64,000 bases of DNA from Dudresnaya verticillata (lineage: Eukaryota), in assembly GCA_977862235.1 (NCBI GenBank), contig OZ374563.1, positions 496,001 to 560,000 of the forward strand, read 5' to 3'. Position 1 is the stretch's first letter. Each line of letters starts with the position of its first letter. The translations under genes and the position numbers were made by a program. Positions 45,918-55,799 of this stretch are shown here, in pieces. The notes under the pieces were generated by a model. It worked only from the letters and a program-made list of their open reading frames with translations. It had not been told where the DNA came from and ran no database searches.

Positions 45918-48701
45918 CTAAAAATCCAGAAGGGCGTCCTGAAGGGAAGTTCGAGCCTGAGCGTGGTCCTCTGCGGAAATCGAAAGGGAATGAAGGATAT
46001 CTTGGAGGGAAGGATCGGGAACTGGAGAGGGTATGGGTTCGTGGGAGACAATGTCTGGAAGGCGTTCCAAAGGTTCATTGGCAGCGACAGGGTCGACATC
46101 AAGAGGCGGAGAGAGTCCGTATGCCTCGGGGTTGTTGTCACAGTGGTCGGAGGGGAGAGGGTGAGCGGAAGAGTCAGGGTCGCCAGGGTCGACCTGACTG
46201 ACGAGCTCGTAGAGAACGCTTTTGAGGACCCGGCTTTTGCCGTCAGGGCCACGAGCGTTAGGGCGAGAATTGTAGTGCTTGAGCCGGTTGGCAGTGATGC
46301 GAGAGATGTTGTGAGGATCAGGGCAGTGGATCAAGCGGTGGTTTTTGCCACAGTTCCAGCACGCAAGGGTGCGGAGCGGGGCAGAGTTATGTGTCGAGCC
46401 ACGGTGGGGAGCGTGAAGAGAACGCTGGGAGCGAAAACCGGGGAGGCGAGGGGAGTACATTGGTTGGCCAGCGGCCAGGTAGGTACCGGAGGAGGTGGAA
46501 CGAGGGCATGCTAAACGAGCCTCTTCCTCAGTTTGAATAGCACCATGGAGGCGGGCGAGCAGATCCTGGTAGGATGTAGCTGAATTGGAGGCGTGTACCA
46601 GGATGTGATGAGCCCAGGAACAACCTGCTACCGTCCCGCGGAGTATCTCGACCTTGGTGTCTTCATTTCGCTTGTGTTGTGATACACGGGGCATGTAGCG
46701 AGTGATGATGGAGTTAACCTTATCGAGGGTGTCAGAAAGGGAGGTAGCGTTGGGACTCTGATCTTCGATACGTAGGTTGCGAAGATAACGGTAGAACTGA
46801 TTTTGGCGCGCCAGCGGGTTGAAGTGCTTATCTAGCAACGTAATGGCGGATCCGAAGTCATGAATACTACCTTCGATATGGGTTTGATAGAAGAGAAGAG
46901 CATCATCGCGGAAGAGAAGGTGGAGATATTGCATACGTTGCTCCGAAGTGAGGGAAAAATCTTTGACGGCGTATTGGTATTCGAGGATGAAGGAATGAAG
47001 ATTTTCGGTTCCCGAGGATTTGCGAGCAGGGGTGCTGAAACGTTGTGACATGTTCGTTGCGAGTTTCTGGGCGGAGACCGTGGAGGTAGAGACGTCGGTG
47101 GGAGTAGAGGACTGAGGAGCCGGAGGATGGGAGGCGGAGATGGAAGGACAGTGGGCGTCGAGAAGGATGCCGATATGCTGGATGCAGAAGTCCAGTTCCG
47201 ATGTCTGATAGAGCATCCGAGCAACGGAGTAGTAGATGTTTCCGGCGGCAGAGGCGTCCGGGATGTTGCGAGAGATGAGGTCGCGGAGTTTCCGGAAGAT
47301 GAGGGGGTAAGAGATGGTGGCCGGAGAAAACAGGACTTGGGGTTTGATGTCTTCGGAGAGGATGGAGCGGAGTTGGCTGCCGGAAAGGTGGACATCGGAG
47401 GCGTATCCGCGGATAAGGTCGACCAGCGTGCGTTGGTCGTCATGGGTCAGACGCATGCGGGCACAGAATAAGTCGGCCTCGGGGGGATAGAGGGTGGATT
47501 CGAACCATGAGCTGTAGTCACTGGTGGGATCTGTCCGTGGGCTTGAGGCGGTGTAGTGTTTGCCACAGTGTGTTCGACTTGGGCTGTGATTTGGGGAAGA
47601 GCCGGTGCGGGACCGGAAGGGGGCGGGGGCCGGTGGTGGTGCCTGGGGCATGTAGTAGAGACGTCGGGTCGATCCGACTTCTAATACTTGCCGGTCGGAA
47701 GCCGCCACACAGACCCGTCGATGGGTAGCTGTTGGGGTTGGTAGAGCGGTGCCGGCCGCGTGCGCCCCGCAGGTGCGGATCGACGGCGTCGATGCCGGAG
47801 CGCGCACGGGGCGTACCGTACACGGGTAGGTAGCGGCCGGATCCCAGCGTCCCTGTCGAAGGGCGGCACGAAGCCGACGGAAAGGAAAGGGAAAGAGGAA
47901 AAGCCTAGCGAGGCAAGGGGAAAAAGGGAAGCCGCCCGCTGGCGTAAGGCAAAGGGATCGAACCCGAAAAGGCTGGGGGCAAGCTTCAGCGCGAGCTGTT
48001 GCTTGCCCGGTTTACTGAGCCGTCGATGGCCGACGGTCTTAAATACCCTACACTATGTGCACTACGACTACTCTACAGTAGGTGCGCCCCACAACACCAA
48101 CGCGGGAGGTGTGCGAGCGCGCGTCCATACACGTGTCGACACGTCCGGGTAACGGCTACCCGTGGGCGCGCGCGGGGCGTAACGGGCAGCGGCCCTCTCA
48201 ACGGCTCGATTCCGGAGAGCGCCGTGTGCGGCACGGTCGACCGCTACGAAATCAACGAAAAAACTAAGGGCACGCTGCCCAACCACGACTCGCCATCGGG
48301 CGTCATCGTGTGCAACATTACAGTGCAGGGCTGCCGGCATACCTTACAGCCGCTGCTGATAGTGTGCTGACAGCTATACTACAGGGCATCGGGGCCGAGG
48401 GGCCTGGGGAGGTGTGAGAGGGGCCCGGTATATAGGTGTGCATGTAGGGTTGAGGTGCACCGGTGGTGTGTGGGGCACTGGGGTTCCCATGTGCTTGGGG
48501 TCTTGGCGGGCCACTATGAGGGGTGTCGTTGTGGGGGGAGACGGGGCGGGGCTGTCGTGGTCCCGATGGGGCCCGGGGGATATTGGACGGTAACCGCCGG
48601 CGCGGTTGGTTCGTTGAGCTTGAAGCCCCAGTAGGTCCAGAATTTCCGGGACCATTTGGTCCGGATGGCTGACTCTTCGAACGGGTGTTGGGAGGGGTCA
48701 T
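45918..48701 (-). pseudogene. gag: Copia gag, interrupted by solo LTR 47651-48383
   Basis: MTPPNTRS...SAPMP (48701-48384) joins in frame to QAPPPAP... once the LTR and one TSD are removed; CWNCGKNHRLIHC knuckle. Confidence 0.88.
47651..48383 (-). mobile_element. Solo LTR (Gypsy-type) in Copia gag
   Basis: TGTAGTA...TACTACA termini; TSD GGGCA at 47646-50 and 48384-88. Confidence 0.93.
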
Positions 48702-48789
48702 TTTTGTTTTTTGATTTTGTTTTTGTTTTTTTGGGGGGTTCCCCTGTTTTTAATTTATTTTCTGCTCTTTTGCTGTGTTGATTTTGTTT

Positions 48790-49644
48790 TTAAAGGTGTT
48801 TTTTAGAGGAGAGAGAACGGTGCGCGGAAAGCTTTTTGGAGTGCTTTAAACCGGCTGCGTGACGCTGAAAATTGTGCGAGTCCGGCAAAAAGCGGTCGCA
48901 AGTTTGGCACTCGAATAGGGTTTTGGCACGTAGCACGTCGCCAAAATGACGCGTCGAGGTTATATGAACGTTGCATATAACCACGTCATGCGTGTTAAAA
49001 GAGCACGGCGTGCAATTATATGTTGCGCGCGGTGTCACCACGGCGGTGCGATTATCACGCCGACCGCGCTCACGGAGCGCAAGGCGAGGTTGTGCCGTGG
49101 CGCGGGCTGCCGGAGCATGAGCCTTGTCTGTAAAAGCCGTAGTTGCACGCGTGACCTGGCGGCGTTCAAGCGGGCGCCTCGGAATCCGCGGCAACTCGGT
49201 ACGGTCCTCGGATCTTGGAGGCGTCGGCGCGCGTAAAGATCGCAGGCTCCGCGACTCTTTGCTATCAGGGAGCACAAAGGGGGCCGCGGAGCTTGAAGTC
49301 GGTTGACGCGCCGGCGCGTGACCTTTGCGGGCGGCCTTATGGAGTTTCTTGATTATTTTTGTAGTACCCCTTGGCCTGCCGGCTCGTGCCTCAGCGATGC
49401 GTAAAAGGCGGCGCGAAACTGCTTCTGGGATTGTTTGTAGTAACCGTTTGCCCGTTTGGTTCCTGACGCCGGGAATTAGATTCTTCGACGCCGCTTCTTC
49501 GCGCGGCGGCGCGGGTTTGCCGCCGCAGAATTCGTCGAAGATTGGCGTCGGCGAGTGGACGGGTGTGCGGTTGTTCACTGTAAAGCGGTGGTACGGATGG
49601 ACGGTACAATGTTTTGGTTGTAAATTATTTGCGAGGCTTGTCAC
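48790..49644 (-). CDS. Extra ORF in the Copia leader: basic protein with two C-x2-C-x12-H-x5-H (matrin/U1/JAZ-type) zinc fingers
   Basis: CTPC-x12-HITSTRH and CQTC-x12-HAAGLKH. 284 open codons with no ATG in the frame. Confidence 0.72.
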   Translation of the reverse strand: MTSLANNLQPKHCTVHPYHRFTVNNRTPVHSPTPIFDEFCGGKPAPPREEAASKNLIPGVRNQTGKRLLQTIPEAVSRRLLRIAEARAGRPRGTTKIIKKLHKAARKGHAPARQPTSSSAAPFVLPDSKESRSLRSLRAPTPPRSEDRTELPRIPRRPLERRQVTRATTAFTDKAHAPAARATAQPRLALRERGRRDNRTAVVTPRATYNCTPCSFNTHDVVICNVHITSTRHFGDVLRAKTLFECQTCDRFLPDSHNFQRHAAGLKHSKKLSAHRSLSSKKHL

Positions 49645-49802
49645 GCGGGGTCACGCTCCAACTGGGAGTAGACGCCGGGTGAACAAGGCTGGAAAATAAA
49701 GTAGTAACGTAGACAGGGTCTTGTAGCGTACTTATTAAACTTGGTTCTTGTAGCTTGACTTGAAAAAATGTTGAGGACAGTCGGTGTCCGTAAATTCCGG
49801 AT

Positions 49803-50170
49803 TGTCGGAACACGCGAACTGTAAGCGCGTAGGCGGTGGTGGTTGGTAGCGGGGACTTGGTCGGGTCTCGCTACGGGGCGCCTCGGGGGGGGGGGCGCGC
49901 GCAGTGCGGACGGCGACAAGTCGTAGGGTAGAAGGACCTTTACTTAGGTGAGCTGAGCGTGTAGTTCTGTGTGTGTGTCTGTCTGCCGCTAGCCGGCAGA
50001 CGAGATCATCTTAAGTACGCTTTGTCAGTCTGGTTCCGCTAGTCGGAGCCGGAGAGAGAGCAGCTAAAGGATTACTAAGACTCACGCGGTAGCCTTGACT
50101 CTCCTTGAAGGAGGAGAGTCAGTATTACGTGGCATAGCCGTTGAGTCATCACCATCACTGTATTTCTACA
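49803..50170 (-). repeat. Copia 5' LTR
   Basis: Direct repeat of 30100-30468. Confidence 0.96.
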
Positions 50171-50297
50171 GTGGTGGCCAAACCTTTAGGGACGCCACGC
50201 CATTGCGCAGTTACGCATCATCCCAATGGCCAATAGGAAGAAAGAACACTTTTTCTGGAAGCATTTTCAGGGCTGGGAACAGTCCTGAAGTCGGTTC

Positions 50298-51175
50298 TGT
50301 AGTGCCAAACGTCTAGGACGGAAACACTGTCCAGGCCGTTCGTAGCCCGGCCGGTAGTTCGTCTCTGGCGGATGAGTGCCGAGGGAGGTAGACGGGGGTA
50401 GAGTCTGGTAACACGCCAAGGGCGGACTGTAAACGCCCGAGGAGGTAGAAATGGAAAAGGGGGAAACACATGTCCACGGCGGAGTGGATGAGTGCGTGGT
50501 AGTCCAGCACGGAGCCCACGCTAACAGCGGCGATGTCCGCTCTTGAGCGCTGGGGGTGAGGAACCACCGAGCTTCTCGGAGGGAAAACAAAAGGGGATAC
50601 ACGTCAAAGACGGATATTGACGCGGAAGCGCGATCGTCGCAACGCGTAGCCAACGTTGGTAGCGGCGATGACGCTAACGAGCGAAGGGGTGAAGTGTGAA
50701 GGCAGACCGGCTTGCCGGGGTTCACTCCAACGTCTCAGACGCGTTACCTAATATAGTACCACTACGATGCTGCCGGCGGCGGTATGGCGCGGTGCGCGGG
50801 AACCCAGGACACGTGTCCCGCCACCGCGCGTCTGACACGTCGCCGTAGTCGTGCAGCCGCGTACCCGCGGGTAAGGAGTAGCTTACAGACTTGGGCGCGC
50901 GTAGCTGGTAGCTTACAAGCGCGTGCGCACAGCAGTGTGGGTGATCCAGATTCGGATCCCGATGTCCGATCCAGATCCAATCCGCATCTGGGCCACGCTT
51001 ACGGATCAAAGCTACAAAGCGAAAAAAGGGCAGGAGGCATCCCCCTTGCACCACACGAGCGGGTTCGCGCCCAAACAAACATCTTGAACGCCGTTGGCAG
51101 TGTAACGCCGACAGCGTAGAGCTCCGTCCGAGACGTTGTAACGACGCCTAGGGCGATATTAAAGTCTGCACTATA
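50298..51175 (-). mobile_element. Solo LTR (B-related) inside the Tc1 left TIR
   Basis: TGTAGTGC...GCACTATA; TSD GGTTC at 50293-97 and 51176-80; removal restores the TIR. Confidence 0.9.
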
Positions 51176-51339
51176 GGTTCCATAAAAGAATAAATACCTT
51201 CGGAGATATTCAAAGCATTCTATTTATGGCCTGGCCAAAACGTTAGGGGACAGTAGTTTTAAGGCAGCAAAAACGCGTTTAAAGGATGAAAGGAGATCTT
51301 TAGTATTTTGTAGGGCCTCCTTTGGCTAAGTAGCAGTCC

Positions 51340-52597
51340 CTACAACGGCCCTGCATCGAGCGCAGAAGGTTTGTGTGCTAGAGTACTGGAAGAGATGCAG
51401 TTCCAGGCAGCTTTAACAGCATCTTCCAACTCGTCTACGTCTTTGTATTGGCCACAATCAGCGTAAAACTTACGCACAAGAATAGCCAAAAGATTTTCGA
51501 TAGGGTTAAGGTCAGGAGACTTGGCTGGCCAGTCCAAAACTGGGACTTCTTGCTCTTCAAAGAACTGCATCACAGCATATGCATTATGAATGGAAGCACC
51601 ATCTTGCATAAAAACCCAGCGTTCATTAAGCTCCTGGTCCACAAATGGCAGCAAATATGTCTCAAGAGTATTAATGTATGCCATTGCGTTCTGCTCACCA
51701 GACAATCTGACCAACTTGCACTTCTTCTCACCTTCAAATGCCTCCCAGAACATAATGGAGTCACCTCCCTGCTGACGCTTTGAGCATATTCTCTTATCCT
51801 TGCGTAAATCATGCCATTAATAACAAAACCCGTCGGGGCCGTCGAAATTATACTTCTTCTCATCAAACCACACCACGTTGTACCAGTCGGAAAGGGCCCA
51901 AGTCAATTTGTCGGCAACCTAAGTCTCCCTCGCAACACGATGACGGGGAGGCATCATTGGAGCGACGAGCATCTTCTCAAACTTAAGTCTCCGGTCTGAT
52001 CCTCTTACCTCCGCCCCGGTGTAGCTGTCCTGGCACTGTACCGTCCCCCTTGTCTGTTGCGTCCCTTTACTCCTTAAAGGTGTTGCCGCTCGAGATACTC
52101 CCTTCGGTCTACGAACTAAACTCTACCACCCCGGTGCCGTATGAGATCACTCCTCATTGGGATTGTATGGTGGCACATGCCTGTTCAGCTCCCCTTACAG
52201 GTGTGCCTTTCACTACACCACATCTTTTTGGTCACCTGAGGAAAGTACTCGGCGGACAGTATGTGCGCTTGCGGAGATTCCAAGCTCGAAAACCAGTGCT
52301 TTTGATCCTTTTGTGCTCTTGGAAGGGGCACGAAGCAGCCGCCGTTTTTCCGCACCACTTATCTCCTTGGGCCTCCCACCCAAGTTTTTCCTTTGGTATG
52401 CTTCGGGGTCAGACCCCGAAGCTTTCCAAAGGAAAAACTAACATCATAGGCAGCTATTTGCGAGACTCTCGCAAATAGCTGCCTATGACGTTCTTAGAGT
52501 TTCATATGGCATGCTGTCATGCGAATGGACCATTTCGCTGTTGGAGACCCATTGCAACGCCCTGTTCAGCTTCCGTGAGACGCATCCCTTTCCCCAT
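51340..52597 (-). pseudogene. Tc1/Tc3-like DD34E transposase, two internal insertions
   Basis: MGKGMRLTEAEQ..YLRDPEAY..GGRPK HTH; FDEKKYNFDGPDG; FMQDGASIH-(34 aa D to E)-WPAKSPDLNPIEN. Confidence 0.9.
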
Positions 52598-53709
52598 CGG
52601 TACGCCTTCCTGTGGGACTTCTTCCGGCCTTTAGGAGCTTTGAAAGTGCAGCAGCAGACGCAAGACCATGTTTGCGAGCAGATTTGCCCTTCTTCCCGCG
52701 AAGCAGTGCTCACCTTGGCAAGCATTGGCGCCAAAATCGTACTGTCCCCTAACGTTTTTGTGGTGAAGTGAGCCGTGGCGCGCATGTGGCGCATCGACGG
52801 CGAGCCAACCGTGACGGATGATGTGGCAATACACCATGCTGATGATCTGGCAACGTGTAACCGTGTCCATTGTGTGCGCATTACTACGCACTAGTACGCA
52901 TCGCTGTACTGTAGCGCTGTACTGGAGCGCACCAACCGTAGCGGAGTGTTTCTGGTATTTATTCTTTATTTTTAGTGAGTATCTGTACAGTGTGTAGAGT
53001 AGTGCGCCAGCCAATGAGATTGCTGCTCAGGTCCGTGTCGGATATTGGGACCAGCAGGGCCGATTCCGCAATAGGACCAGACCACTAGGGTCTGGCCCCC
53101 ACGGACCGGACCGCTCGGTGCCAATCTGACTTGTATATCAAGGCGGCACCGCAGCGGATCATAGGGTAAACGGGCAAGCAACCCTTGAGCCTCAATCCCA
53201 CTGTAGCTCTTTCCTTTACGGTTTTCCCCGCGCCGAGCCCGTTGCGGTCTATCACCACCACCGTTACGGAGTCCGTTCCGGCACTTGTACCACCCCCTTG
53301 TCTGTTGCTTCCCAATATCCGTTTCGGTTAGCCGCTCGCTGTTCTCCCGTCTCGGTGCGAACGGTTCTACCACTCCCTGGAGGTAGTGTCGCTCTCGTCC
53401 CGTGTAGGAAAGTCAGGCCAGCTGTCCGTTACGGAGTTCGTGGGTTTTCACTACCCCGGAGTTTTGGTCAGGCCATAAATAGAATGCTTTGGATATCTCC
53501 GAAGGTATTTATTCTTTTATAAAACCGACTTCAGGACTGTTCCCAGCCCTAAAAATACTTCCGGAAAAGTGTCCTTTTGCCTATTGGCCATTGGTGATAA
53601 GGCTTAACTGCAAGATGGGGTGGTGTCCCTAAAGTTTTGCCCACCACTGTAACATGAACCTCTCCGGCAGCCGGTCGCCAGAATTAAACTACCCATATCT
53701 TCGGGAATA

Positions 53710-54198
53710 TGTAGTAGAATGACTTCTAAGTCAAAGAGGACAACAATACAACAAGACTTCTCTCTTAGAAGATACTCCACTGCGTAGATGGTAGCACGGT
53801 AAAGGGGTTTGGTAGAGACTTGATAGGGCTTAAAGCCCTAGGAAGAGGGGAAAAAGGAAGGCGAGCCCAGCCGTGTAGAGCAGTTCGTCGTAGACGACGG
53901 GGCTTATAGACACCCAAGGGGGTTTGTAGCGGTAGCACCGTAAGTATCCAAAAAGGGGAAACCCACGGCACAGACCGCTGCCGGTTTTAGTGCCAGGCCC
54001 CTGTTACTCAGGGGCCCCATAAATATGGCGAGAACCGAAAAGGTGCTACTCGCTCAGTTAGAGCTCTACGTCTAATATTTGGCTAATACTGTATAGTACA
54101 GTTATGATATGTCCTTAGATATGAATGAGTGGTCAGGCAATGAGGCGAGTGCGGCGTCACTGGCAGGCGCCGCGGTGCAAACATACGCCAGCAGTGCT
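53710..54198 (-). mobile_element. Truncated LTR of a Gypsy A-related family
   Basis: Starts TGTAGTAGAATG and aligns with 26714-27200. No TSD. Confidence 0.88.
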
Positions 54199-54719
54199 GG
54201 TCGATGCGCTTGTCGGCCAGCTGAGCGTACCGCCGAATATCGGCCGCAGGGTCTTTGAAGGCGGGGCCGTCGTCCTCATCTGCCGCCCTCTTCCTTCCGC
54301 TACCCTTCTTTTTCTCGTGGCGCTTCTGTAGCGCGCTGATCACAACATCGCTTGTGATGTTAGCCTCAGAGCGCGTCGAAATGCGCACGCGACCTTCCTC
54401 CTCCACATCTGCATCCCGCAGTAGAGACCTGTCGCTCCGTTCCATAGCTGATAATAGCACCGATAGCTCGATGGCACTGTCACTGTCACCGGTAGAAAAC
54501 AAATGCTCGAGGTGCTCGATATTTGCCCCGCACTTACCTGAATCTCATAAACCGCATCGCAAAAAGCCGCTTTGAATGTTTGGTGCGATAAATGAGCGGG
54601 CGTAGGCGTCAGCAATGCACGCCGAAATGTCAAAATCATTAAGAACGTTCTTAGTTCGAGCAGCTGTATGCAATGCACGCTGTATGTAGGACTTGTATGC
54701 ACTGAAAACCGATACATCT
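54199..54719 (-). pseudogene. C-terminal remnant of a second pogo-like transposase
   Basis: (P)QDVSVFSAYK...NIQSGFLRCGL...ANITSDVV resembles the QPLDV.VF..K / I.SGF..GL region of DDE_1 transposases. Confidence 0.65.
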
Positions 54720-55356
54720 TGTGGTGCAAGGGGGGGTGAGCCCCCCTTTTTCGCTGAAAGCGGAGCAACAAATACGTCGACGGACGGAGAAATCGCCACC
54801 GGCGGTCGCCACCGCCGTTGGCGCACGAACACGTCATCGACGGCTCACTGGGGCGCACGCACACGTTGCGCGCCGCGCGCCATGCGGGCACTGTACGGTG
54901 ATGGGCCGATATGGCGCCCCGGGGCACTGTAACACGGATCTAGATGGGATCCGGATCCGGTATCCAGATTGGCTATCTGGATCGCCTGCACTGTAATGTA
55001 CGCGCCTGTAAGGCTGCGAGTGTATGCATTGCTGGCCCGGATCCGGATGGGGATCGGTATCGGACAAGTATTGGATTAGATCAAGGGCGCACGCTCTACA
55101 GTACGCGCGCGCACGGCTGTAAGGCGCACGCGTCCACGTGTGTGTGTAAGCACCCACGCAGGGGGTTGCGCGGCAACCTGTCAGGCGCGTGGCTGCATAC
55201 GACGGCTGATCTGTCAGACGCGCCTCGGGACGACACGTGTCCCGAGTTCCCGCTACGCACCCGCACCGCCGCCGCACCGTCGCGCTATACTTAGGTAAGC
55301 CGTCCCAGACGTAGCAGTAAACGCCCGGGCAAGCCGGCCTTGGTCCAGACTTCCCC
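54720..55356 (+). mobile_element. 3'-truncated LTR of a Gypsy B-related family
   Basis: TGTGGTGCAAGGGGGG start, GATC-rich U3, CTTAGGTA..GACGTAGCAGTAAA..GGCAAGCCGG..AGACTTCCC as in the B LTRs. Confidence 0.85.
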
Positions 55357-55600
55357 GTTTGGTTTACTCAAGCCCAGAGAGGCGACTACTAAATATACTA
55401 CAGGGCCTGCGGCGGCACCAACGCGGGAGGTGCGCCGGCGCACCCCGACACGCGTCGACGCGTACGGGTAACGGTAACCCGGGGCGCGCAGGGGCAAAAC
55501 GGTCCACACGTACTCAACGGCTCTACGCCGGAGTGCGTGCGCGCGGCGCGTGGGATAGCAAGGCGTTCGACCGCTGCTTACACTAGACCGTATAGTACAC
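55357..55600 (-). mobile_element. LTR fragment related to solo LTR 47651-48383
   Basis: Shares CACCAACGCGGGAGGTG, CACGYGTCGACRCGT, CGGGTAACGG, CTCAACGGCTC and TCGACCGCT with 48095-48245. Ends approximate. Confidence 0.7.
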
Positions 55601-55799
55601 TACACACAAAAATAAATGTATAAATTACACGAGGGTGTCACTGTCACACGTGTACGCGTGGGCGCCATAGCGACCTGACTTAGTGACGTGTGTGACGCCG
55701 TCTCCGGTCTCGACGGTTGAGGCGCAGAAATCTTCGCCTATTCAAGGCAACGAGGCACTCAAGCCTGGACCGACCGAGTTTGACTCTGTGCAGCTCATC

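Larger units (their letters stand above)
30100..50170 (-). mobile_element. Copia/Ty1 LTR retrotransposon (possibly GalEa-like), disrupted
   Basis: LTRs 30100-30468 and 49803-50170; TSD GTGGT at 30095-99 and 50171-75; PPT AAAAGTGGGGAG at 30469-80; domain order gag-PR-IN-RT-RH. Confidence 0.95.
30093..53649 (-). mobile_element. Tc1/Tc3-like DNA transposon with long (~190 bp) TIRs; left TIR split by two insertions
   Basis: TA|CAGTGGT[Copia]GGCCAAACCTTTAGGGAC...GTCGGTTC[solo LTR]CATAAAAGAATAAATACC... is the reverse complement of 53461-53649 ending CCACCACTG|TA. Confidence 0.9.

Noticed and set aside
47652..47807. N-terminal 52 aa of ORF 45918..47807 as the gag start
   Set aside because: Derived from the inserted solo LTR; gag starts at 48701.
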